DNA of 62,801 bases, counting the filler. It is 8 parts of 8 records of this genome, joined end to end, with 100 filler letters (N's around TTAATTAATTAA, not from the genome) between each part and the next. Parts side by side here need not be neighbours in the genome. Positions count along the whole stretch, not along the records: positions 41,421 to 47,735 come from SRR31147125_86053; positions 47,836 to 54,577 come from SRR31147125_86139; 6 more parts are not named here. One strand, 5' to 3'. The position numbers were made by a program, and so were the translations under genes. The notes under the pieces are model-generated. The model saw only the letters and a list, made by a program, of their open reading frames with translations, did no database searches and was not told the origin of the DNA. Positions 41,421 to 53,600 of the stretch are shown here, piece after piece (within the stretch, counting starts at the first letter, position 1; every line of letters begins with the position of its first letter).

Positions 41421-41790
41421 AATTGTCCAGGCCCTGCGCCATTTTGCCACATTCTGCTTTGGTGATTTTCTCTTTCGGCGCCATATCCGGCTGGAACGGA
41501 CCCTTGAGTTTTCAAGCCCCATCTACCGCCTGGAATTGGGCATGGTGGGCCGGCTCTTTGCCCAGGATCCGGCCCTATACGCAGAAATCATCTTTGCCAC
41601 GCCCGAGCGCAGGCAATTGCTCAGGGAGTATATCGCGTCCTTCAGCCGGCACCTGGACATGCTGGAAACCTGCGACAAGGCCGGGTTCATTGAGCAGTTC
41701 AACCGGGTGGCCCAGTGGTTCGGTCCCTTCAGCGGCCAGGCCATGCGGGAAAGCACATTTATCATCGACAAGCTTATCGAACGGTTCTAA
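41421..41790 (+). CDS. tyrA: Prephenate dehydrogenase (TyrA) C-terminal part
   Basis: VQALRHF...FSSPIYRLELGMVGRLFAQDPALYAEII. Confidence 0.85.
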
Positions 41791-41910
41791 TCCGGTCCGG
41801 TAACGCCCCGGCAATTGTTTTTAACAACTAACATTTACTTTCAAGCCTTCTGTATTATCTTTATCCCATAGCCTGAATATTTACCCGACAGCATACAGGA
41901 GGTTAACGCC

Positions 41911-42234
41911 ATGAATACCCATATGCCGAATTTGGATCCCGATGGATACCTGGTGGATCCGGACACCTGGACCGAAGAAATCGCATGTGCCCTGGCCGAT
42001 TTGGAAGGGGTCTCCAGGGAATGCCCCTTGAGCCCCGAGCGCATGAATATTTTAAAGTTCGTCAGGTCCTATTATAAAGAATTCCAGGCCTTTCCCATTG
42101 TCCGGGCCGTGTGCAAAAACCTGGGTCAGTCCAAGGCCTGCCAGTACGAACAATTCCCTGACCCCATCACTGCATGGAAAATCGCAGGCCTGCCCAAACC
42201 CACCCCGGAGGTGCTGGCCAAAATCAGGCATTAG
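41911..42234 (+). CDS. TusE/DsrC-family protein lacking the C-terminal cysteines
   Basis: LDPDGYL..W, FVRSYY..F, KIAGLPKP, but ends AWKIAGLPKPTPEVLAKIRH. Confidence 0.85.
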   Translation: MNTHMPNLDPDGYLVDPDTWTEEIACALADLEGVSRECPLSPERMNILKFVRSYYKEFQAFPIVRAVCKNLGQSKACQYEQFPDPITAWKIAGLPKPTPEVLAKIRH

Positions 42235-42433
42235 CCTGTTCAGCCCGGATATCCGGGTTAGGTGTCAGGGGTCTGCCTGGACATCTGGACAAACTCAAGG
42301 ATCTCCTTGAGGACAAAATACCGGGTCATGGCACCGGCCAGTTCCCCGGGCGTCGGGGCCTGGCCGGTGGCCTTGGTAATATAGTCCTCGATTTTTTTCA
42401 CCGCCGCCTCTACCTGGGGATGAATATTCCGGG

Positions 42434-43802
42434 TCATTGCTCCTCCTGTTCGTATTGTTTCAGTTTTTTGAGCAGGGTCTTTCTGGTAATGCCCAGCCGC
42501 CGTGCCGCCTCGCTCTTATTGCCCTGGGCCGCTGCCAGGGTGGAAAGAATGGCCCGCTTTTCAACATCGGAAAGGCGCTGGTTTTCCAGGCCCCGGGCCG
42601 ACGGCGTTTCATCCTGGGACTCCCTGAAATAAAGGAAAGGTCCCGGCTCCGGATATAATCGGTCCGGGCCATGACCACGGCCCGCTCCACGGTATTCATC
42701 AGCTCCCTGACGTTTCCCGGCCATTGGTACCGGATCAGGGCATCCATGGCATTGGGGGTGAACCCCTGGATGTCCCGCTTATTCTTTTCTGCAAAAGGGA
42801 AAGAAAATGCAGGGCCAGTTCAGGGATGTCCTCGGGCCGCTGCCCCAGGGACGGGATATTGATACGCACCACATTGAGCCGGTAATAGAGGTCCTCCCTG
42901 AAAGTCTTTTCAGCGGCCATGGCCTTAAGGTCCCGGTTGGTGGCGGCAATAACCCTGACATCCACGCCCATGGTTTTGTCCGATCCCACCGGGGTGATCT
43001 CCTTTTCCTGGATCACCCGAAGCAGCTTGGCCTGCATGGCCAGGCTCATCTCGCCGATTTCATCCAAAAGAATGCTCCCCTTGTCCGCCAGAAGGAATTT
43101 ACCCTTCCGGGCTTTATCCGCCCCGGTAAACGCCCCCCGCTCATGGCCGAAAAGCTCGGATTCCAGCAGAGTCTCGGTAATGGCAGCGCAATTGATGCGG
43201 ATATACGGCGCCTTTTTTCTCCCGCTGTTAAAATGGAGGGCCGAGGAGACCAATTCCTTTCCTGTTCCCGATGCCCCGGTCACCAGCACATTGGCATCTG
43301 TGGGCGCCACCATCTGGATGGTATCGATCAGGGCCTTTATTGCAGGGCTTTTGCCCAGGATATTCTGGCCGGCGCCTGAACCGGCCAGCTGTTGTTTTAA
43401 AACCCGGTTTTCCGACTTAAGGTGCATCCGCTCAAAGACCCGTTCAATGGTCAGGCGGAGCTTATCAAAATCCAGTGGTTTGGTCAGGTAGTCCCAGGCC
43501 CCGACTTTAAGCGCCTTCACCGCCGTATCCACAGAAGAATAGGCCGTCATAATGATCACGGGCAGGGCGGGATTATAGATATAGATCTCTTCCAGGGCCT
43601 CCATTCCGGACATCTTCACCATTTTTAAATCCATGAGCACCAGGTCAAAGGCCTGGGCTTTCACCATCCCCACGCCCACATCCCCGTCATGGGCCAGCTG
43701 GATATCATATCCCCAGCCGCCCATGAGGGTCTTGAGCATGGTGGCGTGGGCCTTATCATCGTCCACGACCAGTACAGATCTCATATCGCTTCCTTTTATC
43801 AT
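42434..43802 (-). CDS. zraR: Sigma54-dependent response regulator (ZraR/HydG-like), frameshifted near the 3' end
   Basis: Receiver VVDDD/LMD, GASGTGKE, ESELFGHERGAFTGA, REDLYYRL, WPGNVREL, HTH NKSEAARRLGITRKTL over three frames. Confidence 0.85.
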
Positions 43803-45635
43803 TGGATTTGCCCCGCCGGGGGCCGGCCTTTGGCCTCACCCGCAGCCCGCCCGTCCAGGGGCAGGCGCACCATAAAGCAGCTGCCGCGTCCCGGCTCGCT
43901 TTCCACCCGGATCTCCCCGTTGAGGTTTTCCACAATTCTGTGGACAATGGAAAGGCCGAGTCCGGTGCCCTCGGGCCGGGTGGTAAAATAGGGATCGAAA
44001 ATCGCATCCATATCCTTAGGGAGAATACCGCATCCCGTATCCCTCACCCGGATCTCCACAAAGGTGTGATCCCGGATCTCCCCCACCTCCACCCCAAGGC
44101 GCCCCCCTTGGACATGGCATTGACCGCGTTCATATACAAATTGACCAAAACCTGGTTCATCCGGTCCGGATCCGTCAGGATCTCCTGCGGTCCGTTAAAA
44201 TGGAAACCTTCGGGGTAATGGATTTCTTTTCCAGATCATGGGAAACCAGTCTGAGGGAGTGACGAATCAGGGGGGCCAATGCCACGGTGCGGAGCTCCAC
44301 GGCCATGGGTTTGGCAAATTCCAGAAGCTGGGTAATGGACCGATTGATCCGTTCCACCTCCTGGACCATGATTTTTGCGGTTTCGGCATCCCCGGGTTCA
44401 TTCTCGTACCGTTTGGCAAAATAGGTGGCAAAGCCCTTGATGGAACTTAAAGGATTGCGGATTTCATGGGCCACCCCGGCCAGTTTGCCGATGGCGGCCA
44501 GACGGCGGTTGGTTTCCACCTCCTGTTTCAGGGCCTTGATCTGGGTGAGATCCCTGAATAAAAAGACATATCCACGGATCTCTCCCTCGTCATCCTTGAT
44601 GGGGGAACCGGTCATATCCAGGCGCAGCTCCATGGCCGTTTCGGCCCGCAATACCACCTCCCGGGATACTGCCGCCCCGGTCCGGGCCATCTGTGAGGCC
44701 AGACCGATCATCTGGGGATAACCGGTTTTGGGAAGATCCCCCAGGATATCCCTGGCCGCACGGTTGGCCGATGTCACCCCATAATCCAGGTCCAGGGTGA
44801 CCAGGCCTGAAGGCATATTCTGGACCACATTGTCTGAAAAAGCCTTGACCCGCTCCAGGGAGGCCTTGGCTGAACGAAAGGCCTGGAAGGCTAACAGGGC
44901 GATGATGCCGGCGCCGCCCAAAATGAAAAACAAAATACCCTGGCCGATGATGGCCCGGGTGGTCCGGTTCTGGAATTTTGCCACCTTGGCCATGGAAAGC
45001 CCGGCAAATATAAAATGATCCCTGAGTTCGAAAAAACCGGGATCCCCGGCTCCGGCACGGTGAATACCAGACGCGGCAGAACATGACCCTGCCGTCCCAT
45101 TGTCCCGGGACCAGCCATGCCCCCCGTCCTTCATGTGGCGCCGGTGCATGCCCCCATGGCGTCCCCTGAACCCCGACTTCAAGGGGACAAAACGCTTATA
45201 GACCTCAAGCACCTGATCCGGTCCGGTATTCCGGTATCGGCTGGCCACACGGAGGGGCTCTTCAGGCAGGGGGCCTAAATCATCCCAGTCCTCCCGGATC
45301 TGCCCCACACGGGTTTCATCGGTGTGGGCAAGAATCTTTCCCGTGGCATCGGTGATCATGATATAGGCAATATCCGGCTGGACCGCCGTTTCCACCAGCA
45401 TGGCCTGAATCCGCCGGATTCCCCACTGCATGGTCAGCATCCCGGTCCGGGTTCCGGCTTCAAAGGTGCGGATCAGGGATGTGCCCCTGACCAGAGACCG
45501 CTGCCGGATATGCTCTTCCTGTTTTTTCATCCGGTCCAGGGTCATAAAGGTAAACACCGGCAGAAGGATCACCAAAACCCCCACCATCATCAGGGGCGAC
45601 ACCAGACTGGATATGTTTTTATTCATCAATTTCAT
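43799..45635 (-). CDS. zraS: Sensor histidine kinase (ZraS/HydH-like), frameshifted near 44100-44200
   Basis: LIRTFEAGTRTG, PAS region, AHEIRNPL, DTGCGI, FDPYFTT, GTGLGL. Confidence 0.85.
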
Positions 45636-45983
45636 AGGACACAGGTTTATGCAAATCCGATACCGTATATTTATATTACAAGAGAACCGCCGCCCATACA
45701 CCTGGATAGACGCAATCCCAATTCCCTGTTTACTATTTATCCTTTACCCCAGACCGGGTAATAAGTATACACTTTACGGAAAATGGGCGGCCCAATCTCC
45801 CACTGCCCCGGGATGAAAGGCCCGTTTACAGGCGCTGTCCCGTGGGCCTGGGTATTTTTTATACACCCGGACAGCCATCCGTGTAGAAAATAACCAGGGG
45901 AAAACCGGGAAAAATCAATCCCCAGACAGAGGAAAGAAAAAATCCCATGATTTTTCAAGTACTTAGCACTTACATTCATTCAT

Positions 45984-45999
45984 TGGCACGCCCCTTGCT
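45984..45999 (+). promoter_or_regulatory. Sigma54 promoter for the zraP-like gene
   Basis: Perfect TGGCAC-GCCCC-TTGCT. An imperfect inverted repeat at 45847-45898 is a candidate activator site. Confidence 0.85.
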
Positions 46000-46071
46000 C
46001 TAAAAATCACCAGCAGCAGACCGGTCAGATCTAAACCAGATAAACCAGAAAACAATTAAGGAGACATACCC

Positions 46072-46578
46072 ATGAAAAAAACCCTTATCACCATGACCGC
46101 AGTTTTAATTGTCGGCCTTATGGCTGCCACCGCCTTTGCCTGGGGACACGGCAAAGGAAGACACGGAAACTGCCCCGGCCAGGGCAGGGGCATGACCGCC
46201 AACCTGAGCGAGGAACAACAGACCCGGCTTGCAGAACTGCGCCAGCAGTTCATCGACCAGACCTATGAGACCCGGTCCGCCATGATGACCAAACACCAGG
46301 AGTTACGGATGCTCATGGAAACCAGCGCGCCGGACAGGGATACGCTCAAAGCCCTTTCCGAAGAAATCATGACCCTGAAAAAAGAATTGGCGGACCAGCG
46401 CATCGACTATACCCTTAAGGCCAAAGAGATCGCCCCTGGACTCAAATTTACCGGATTCGGCCGCCACGGCGGATGTGGCAGATTCCGTGCCGGAGGCGGA
46501 TTCGGCAATTGTGACGGCACCGGCAAAGGGTCCGGTCCCTGCACCAACAACGGCCAGGGCCAGGCAACGGTCCAATAA
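46072..46578 (+). CDS. zraP: ZraP/Spy/CpxP-family periplasmic protein
   Basis: Signal peptide, NLSEEQQ, PD...ALSEEI, Gly-rich tail; divergent from zraSR. Confidence 0.8.
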   Translation: MKKTLITMTAVLIVGLMAATAFAWGHGKGRHGNCPGQGRGMTANLSEEQQTRLAELRQQFIDQTYETRSAMMTKHQELRMLMETSAPDRDTLKALSEEIMTLKKELADQRIDYTLKAKEIAPGLKFTGFGRHGGCGRFRAGGGFGNCDGTGKGSGPCTNNGQGQATVQ

Positions 46579-46811
46579 GCCCCCTGCCTGTATTCATCGG
46601 TTCCACATGGGCACCCGGGAATCCCGGGTGCCTTTTCCCTCCCAGCCTGTACTCCCCTGCCCCGTTAAGCATCCCCTGGTATACGAGTTTGAAACAGATA
46701 CCACATCCGGGTTGACAAAGCCTCGCTTCAGGTTTATTAAAGTCTACACACAAAATAAGCCTTATCTAACATAGGATACAACAACAGCAAACGAGAGGCA
46801 TGAAATAATAC

Positions 46812-47616
46812 ATGAAGCAGAATCTCACCGGGGTATCAGAAACCCTTCTCATCCCGTTATGGGCCAGAAGCGTGGAAACAGAACAAAAAGATCCCATACT
46901 CAAAGACAGTGTTGCCCGGGACATAGTCAACAGCCTGGACTATGATTTCAGCCGGCTTGACAATGCCTGGAAATCCCAGGTCGGCTGCGTGGTCCGGGCA
47001 TGGATCCTTGACAGGGAGACAAAAAATTCATTGATCAACACCCCAACGGGGTGGTCATCAACCTCGGCGCGGGCCTTGACAGCCGGTTCTACAGAACGGA
47101 CAACGGGTCCATCCTCTGGTACGACCTGGACCTGCCCCAGGTGCAGGACCTGCGGGCCCGGTTCATGGACCAGACAGAACGGAATCGGTTTATCTCAAAA
47201 TCCATCCTTGATCCCGCCTGGGCAAGGGAGGTGGATGCAGAGGAGAGGCCCGTGCTTGTCATTGCCGAAGGTCTTTTCCCTTATTTTGAGGAGAATGAGG
47301 TAAAATCCGTTCTGGACACCATTGCCACAGCCTTTCCCGGCGCCAGGATGCTCTGTGAAATGATGACGCCCCAGATTGTTGCCATGGGATCCAAACATGA
47401 TGCCGTATCCGACTTTGATGCGGTGTTCAAATGGGGCATCAAAAGCGGCAGGGAATTTGAAAAACTGGATACCCGGATCAGGTTCAGGGCTGAATGGAAT
47501 TATTATGATTTTTCCGGCCAAGATGGCGCTGGATGGGCATTCTGGCGCTCATTCCCTGGTTCAAAAACCGGTTCAACAACCGGATTGTCCATCTTGAGGT
47601 GGCAGACAGAGGCTGA
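46812..47616 (+). CDS. Class I SAM-dependent methyltransferase (LCM/TcmP-like), frameshifted twice
   Basis: VSETLLIPLWAR, VINLGAGLDSR, WYDLDLP, IAEGL; third frame ends NRIVHLEVADRG*. Confidence 0.85.
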
Positions 47617-47638
47617 AAAATCAAATCATTCCGATGGG

Positions 47639-47734
47639 TCACTCTTTTTCCGGGACCACGGGATTTTCCAGCACCCCGATTCCCTGAATTTCCACCTCAA
47701 CCCGGTCCCCGGGCGTTAAATACACCGGGGGATT
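47639..47734 (-). CDS. C-terminus of a fumarylacetoacetate hydrolase family protein (partial)
   Basis: NPPVYLTPGDRVEVEIQGIGVLENPVVPEKE*. Confidence 0.75.
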   Translation of the reverse strand, partial: NPPVYLTPGDRVEVEIQGIGVLENPVVPEKE

Positions 47735-47735
47735 C

Positions 47736-47835
47736 NNNNNNNNNNNNNNNNNNNNNNNNNNNNNNNNNNNNNNNNNNNNTTAATTAATTAANNNNNNNNN
47801 NNNNNNNNNNNNNNNNNNNNNNNNNNNNNNNNNNN
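47736..47835. other. Artificial contig linker
   Basis: N44-TTAATTAATTAA-N44. Confidence 0.98.
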
Positions 47836-48595
47836 CCAAGTCCTCGTCGGGCTACAAGAATTCGTTTGATTGTGTTCGACGTGTATACAGAGAAGAGGGT
47901 TTACGTGGACTCTGGAGTGGTGTGACTGCATCGTATTGGGGTGGGATGCATGCGCGGCGGGAACGCATTCTTCTTGGGAAGACTGAATACCCCAATCCCC
48001 CTCAGGCACATCAGAGACCGTACTCTATTTTCTCATGTACGAACGTATGAAGTCTTGGATTGCCAGGAAGGCACACAAAGAGAAAGAGGGTGTGTGTGAG
48101 AGGATTGTGTCGCTCCATTGTTTCTTCATTCTCCTGCTGGTTGGTAGATGTTGGACCGATTGAATTGTTTGCGCTTTCAGGAATCTCGAAACTCGTGGCG
48201 ACCGTTGCCACCTATCCCCATGAGGTTTGTGTGCTTTGCAGTGCGTGGTGATAAGGAGAATTCCCATCTGGAATGTAGGTTGCGCGAACACGTCTTCGTG
48301 AGCAACGTTCCCAGGCGAATCGCCCCCGGTGTGTTGATTCGAAGAATGAAGGGTACGATGGTACTTATGCGGATCATCTAGGAAATACACGGGATTCTGG
48401 CAGTGTTTGCAACGCATGACCAGAGAAGAAGGTACTCGTTGGTATAGTGGGTTGATGGATTGGTTGTGTGATCAACGTTGACAAGGATGGCGAGCACTGT
48501 ATGCGGGGATCGGGGCGCACGTTACACGTGTCGTCCCCAATACGGCCATCATGTTCCTATCCTACGAGTACTTGGTTCGGTATATGACAAGATGA
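47836..48595 (+). CDS. Eukaryotic mitochondrial carrier (SLC25; Rim2/SLC25A33/36-like), 3' part, with 5 short GT-AG introns
   Basis: Hand-spliced: [42 protein letters not shown].../[23 protein letters not shown].../KYTGFWQC...[30 protein letters not shown]...*. Confidence 0.85.
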
Positions 48596-48657
48596 TGAAG
48601 ATGATGAAGACGATGAAGCGAATACATCCCACGATACTCCTCCTTCTGGCCCCTGGA

Positions 48658-50549
48658 ATGGCTTCGGCAGGACTTAAGGGGCTTTTGGGAAGCACACTTC
48701 TTGCTCCTGATGGCAATCTCGTCAGTACAGACGTGCTGGGCCATCCGGACGGCATTGTACGCCAAGGGGTCTCACACACACACACACACACACCCCACGC
48801 ACCCCCACACCCTCACACACAAGCCCAGGGCCTCTATTTTTCCGCACACTGGTGTCCACCGTGTCGTGGTTTCACGCCTCGTGCCATTGAGTCCTACAAG
48901 CAGCTCAAGGAAGAGGGAAAGGTTCATTTCTGCACATACACACCTCCACACACCCTCTTACACATATTGATTTGTCTATAGAAGTTCGAGGTCGTGTTCC
49001 TATCGTCAGACCGTTCTGTTGACGAATTCAAGACATACTTTGGTGGGTGAGGATGGTTTGGATGGAAGATTGTAACAAGGAGAGGACAACAAGCGTCCAT
49101 GCCTTGGCATGCCTTGCCTTGTGATACGGAGGAAAGCAAGAAGAAGATCCAAATCTTGGCCAAGAAGTTCCGCATTGCTGGAATTCCTACCCTGGTGATG
49201 GTTGATGGAAATGGAAGGCTGCTGACACGTGAAGGGTGCACAGCATTGATGGATGTGGGTTGTGGGTTGTTCGTCTGTTGTGTAGCCCCCCTTCTTCTTC
49301 TTTCTTCACAGGATCCCGACGGAAAGAACTTTCCGTGGCGTCCCAGATCCCCCTGGGAAATCATCGACGGACCTTTGGTGGACAACCAGGGCAACGAAAC
49401 TCCTGCACGTGCCCTGCGTGGGCATCCCTTTGGTGTCTACTTCAGGTGAGCGTAAATTGGAGTTGGATGTGTTGATTCCATTCCGCCTAGTGGTCATTGG
49501 TGCGCACCGTGTCGTGGATTCACACCCAAGCTTGTAGAGACATACAACAAGATGAAAAGCAAGGCACGATCTAGACTATCTGCATGTGGAGGATGGTGCA
49601 CTTACTGGATTACGGACAGGAGAAGGATGCAGAAATTATCTTCTGCAGCTCGGATCGTGAAGAAACAGCGTTTCAGGAATACTTCAAAGAGATGCCATGG
49701 AAGGCATTTCCCTTTGGAGATTCGCGCATACGCGAGGTACGCAAGAAGTGCACGCGCCAATGACCCTCTGAGGAAAGGTGACCTCTCAGCTGGCTCGTGC
49801 GTTCGGTATCTCTGGCATCCCGGCTCTCGTGACCGTGGATACGGAGGGCAAGATTGTGACAAAGGAGGGTCGTCGAGGCGTCATAGAGGATCCAGAGGGG
49901 GACACGTTCCCGTGGCCGGATCCTCCTGTGGTTTGTAACAAGAATTCTAGCGCTATACGCATGACGCCATGTTTGATTAGGGTGTCATCTCTCAACTATC
50001 CGCACAATGCATAGGAGACGTTCCGACCATGATGATCTTGCTGGAGACGGCTTCCGAGGAGAGTGTTCATAAGATCATGCCGGTATGTCCTGTCGTGTGG
50101 GTCGATTGACTGACTCCCTATCAAGGTAATTCACTCATTTGCCGAAAGCACCCTTTTGGAGTCTCAGGAAACGGGTAATCTACCGAAAATGCAATTTCTG
50201 AAGGTTGTGCACAAAGCGCCATCACTCCTGTTCATTGTTTTGTTTCTCTCTCTCTCCCTCAGGCCCCACCAGGATCCTCAAGTGATCTTCTCACACGTAT
50301 TCGCAGTATCTTTGATCTAGGCACGAGTTCTCCACACATTGTCTTGCTGGATCTTGCGGAAGTGAGTGGTTTCCTTCCATGGATCCACCTGATCTCATCA
50401 AACGAATTGTATAGGGCAAGAAGTATCCCTATGAAGGGGATGTGACGGAAGAAGGACTCGCTACATTTGTCTCCAGCTTCGAAGCGGGAACTCTTCAAGG
50501 CGTGGAATTGGAGGTGGGCAGCCCTGTGTCGTCTCGCTTGGATCGATGA
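48658..50549 (+). CDS. Eukaryotic nucleoredoxin/tryparedoxin-like multi-thioredoxin protein, multi-exon; 3' end approximate
   Basis: [17 protein letters not shown] and [16 protein letters not shown] domains, [20 protein letters not shown]; exons separated by introns of about 50-70 nt. Confidence 0.85.
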
Positions 50550-50689
50550 TAGCTCATCCTCTTAGTCCCCATGAGGCATTCCTCTTCCCCTTGTTGCCAC
50601 GTATCTGTGGGGTGTGGAAGGTCGTACACGCACGGGCACACTCCTATTCACCCACCCACTACGCTTCATCCACCCACACCACACATCCC

Positions 50690-53600
50690 ATGCCGGGCAC
50701 CATCAAAATCCGTGTGGTAGAGGCACGCGACCTCCCCGTTATGGACCGGAGTAGTGAGCTCACGGACGCCTATGTGGAGGTGTGTGGGATGGGAGGTGGT
50801 GGTTTGCACAACCAGGGCCCTGCCCAGGGGTCCACACACCCTCTCTCTCCTTTGGTATGGGAGGGAGGCGTGTGGAGGTGTCGTCGTTTCTATCGTTTCC
50901 ATCGGTTTCGTTCCCAATGACGTTGCCTGAGTAGATTCGCTTCGCCGACACACCACCTCAACGAACAGAGATATGCCGGAAGACGCTTAATCCCGTCTGG
51001 AATCAGGTCTTCCGTATTGAGGTACACGACGACTGCAACGTTCAGGACCATCCTGTACAACTAAGGCGCGCACACACACACACACGCCTCCTCCCTGGAT
51101 CCCCTTCCTTATTGTACCCATCTATACAGGGTGTGGGACTATGACATTGTGTCAGCCGACGACGTGTACGTGATGTGTGGTGTGACGTGTGTACTCGGAA
51201 CCCACTCTCCTTGTTTGTAGGATTGGCATGGTGATCGTAGATCTCAATGGTCTCATTGATCCCGATGGCCCTGCACAGATCCAGGGCTGGTTCCCGATCT
51301 TTGATACGATTCGAGGTGGGTTTGAGGGAGTGATGAGGACGGACAAGAATGAGAACGTTTGTGGCAAGGTCTTCGTGGCGAGTTGCTTGTATCCGTGAAA
51401 GTGGATTTCTTTGGGGATGTCAATCCCTACAAGGAGTCGTCTGCTGGAATTCGCTTATACTCTGGTGTGTGGGGGTGTGGCACATCGACCTTTGCATTGT
51501 CTCTCATTGCGCCCTCTCTGATGTGTAGCATCGCGCATTCCCGTGGGATTGCAACTAGAGGAAATCCGTGGATTCGTTGAAGAGCTTGTGGTGACGCAGG
51601 ACCCTGAATATGCGTGGGCAGACACGTTTCGAACCGCGCGTACCTCAAATGAGGCTCGCCGTCTCCTTCTTTACAAGCTTTCCGGGTTCATTACGCATGT
51701 TTCTTGTTGTGTATCCCAAACGCGCTCATTTCTTCTGTGGTCCCAGACAACTACGCCGTCAGATCGGCTGGAAAGTTCTGGAGCTGGGATGCAATGCGGT
51801 TCTGGGGTATCAACAAGGGTTTGACCTGGAAGGAGAGGGCGGCATTGTTGCCAGATGTTATGGAACTGCCTGCAAGCTCAGAAAGGTCCGTGAATGGATG
51901 GCTTCGTGTCTGTCCTTGACAGCCATGCATAACAGGACGGGGAACTCTTTTCATCACCGACATCGGCACCAGCAGCCTTGCTTGCTGGCGCGGCTGGGGC
52001 ACACACCGACGCCGTTCTCCCATCGCCTACTGATGAGAGCAATTCGGCCAATCCTACTCCCACAGGCGACCGTGTGTGGGGGGGATGTTGGTGACACGAG
52101 GATGTGACCATTCGCTCGTGTACATGCAGCACGCTGGCAGAATCTGGCACCGTCTCGGCCTTCTAGGTCGATAGAAGAGCCCACAGCTCTTCGGAACCGA
52201 ATCAAAGCGATGCAGATGAACGATGTGGCGTTGATGACACTGTGTCATTTCCCCAGTTCCGTATCCATGCGGATCGGGGGTGTTGTGGCGGTGTGTAGTA
52301 AGACGAGTGGTTTCATTTTGAGAATGTTGACTCCTCTTCAAGGCACGTGCGGTGAAACTCCTCAAAGGAACGAGCGAGCAGATCGTCCATGATCAGTGAG
52401 TGTTTCCTTCTTGTTTCAGAGTGTGTGGAAACTCAATTTTGGGGCAGGTGGTGGACAGAACTTCGAGAGGAAATACGAGCTCATGCTCGCTCTCTCGGGT
52501 GTCGTCAAGTAGTGGGCTACAGTGAGACGACCGCGATTGAGAAGAATGGTATGTGTGTCACTGTGTACGCTGCTTTCCCACTCGGTTGTTGTTTTCACCA
52601 GATCTCATTGTCCTATCCTGTTCGGGAACGGCGGTGAACGTAGATATACGGTCCATTGTGGCTGAGAAGCAAGATGCAAAGTCGAGCCGAAGTCGAAGAC
52701 GAAGGAGAAGAAGGCGAGTCTCCATGCAAAGTTTGTGCCTTTCTTTTCTTGTGCGATTCCTGTTCACCTCACAGCGATTGATACAGCATTACCATGCTCT
52801 TTGTGTCACGTTCCCTATTCTACACAATCCCCTCCGCTTCGTATGCAATTGCAGTCTTGCTTGTCATGTGGCAAGCGTTGTGTCCCCGAAGTCCTGCTGG
52901 CTACCATTGAAATCCCTGATGGGGTATGATTGACTCCCTTCCCATGAATCATCTCTTCTCTGATCATGTTGCAACAGCTTCAAACAGTCGGCACAGGAGA
53001 ATTGATTGAAGCTCGTGTGTGTCGTTCCAAACGAAAGGCTCAGGTACAAGGGCTTGTGCCAACACATCCATTGTATTGATAGCAGCATGGTACAAAGGGT
53101 GAAGCCAATGCCACCTCTGTGAATGAAGCCATCCCGTTTCTTGAGTACGACGTTCATCGGCAACTCATGTACAAGATGAAAGTCCACGTGCGACTATGGA
53201 AGAAACGAGAAGGTTCCCCGCCTGTTCTCACAACCCCTTCACAGGGTCACAATGCTGCGTTCAATTTGCGAATCCAAGTGACAGTTGGAGAGACACTCAT
53301 TATTGGCGTCGCAACGGCCACGGGGGTATGGATCGCCCCCTTGTCCGGCCTGCGTAATGATGCGGCACAGGTGAATCTTCCGTGTCTACCCGTTGCGCCC
53401 ATGCTTCATCTCACAAGAACTGTGGATGGGACGGACAGCACACTGGCAAGCCTTGAAGAACAAATTATGCACATTGCTGATCTCCACGTACGCTCCCCCG
53501 ATGCATGTTGTGCAGTCAATCTCACTCATCCCGTCAACGTAGCGTGCCAAACAACGAGAGCAGGAACTGTGCGTATCCGATACATACCATTCGTATGGGT

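Noticed and set aside
48770-51090. (CA)n tracts near 48775 and 51070
   Set aside because: Ordinary intronic microsatellites.
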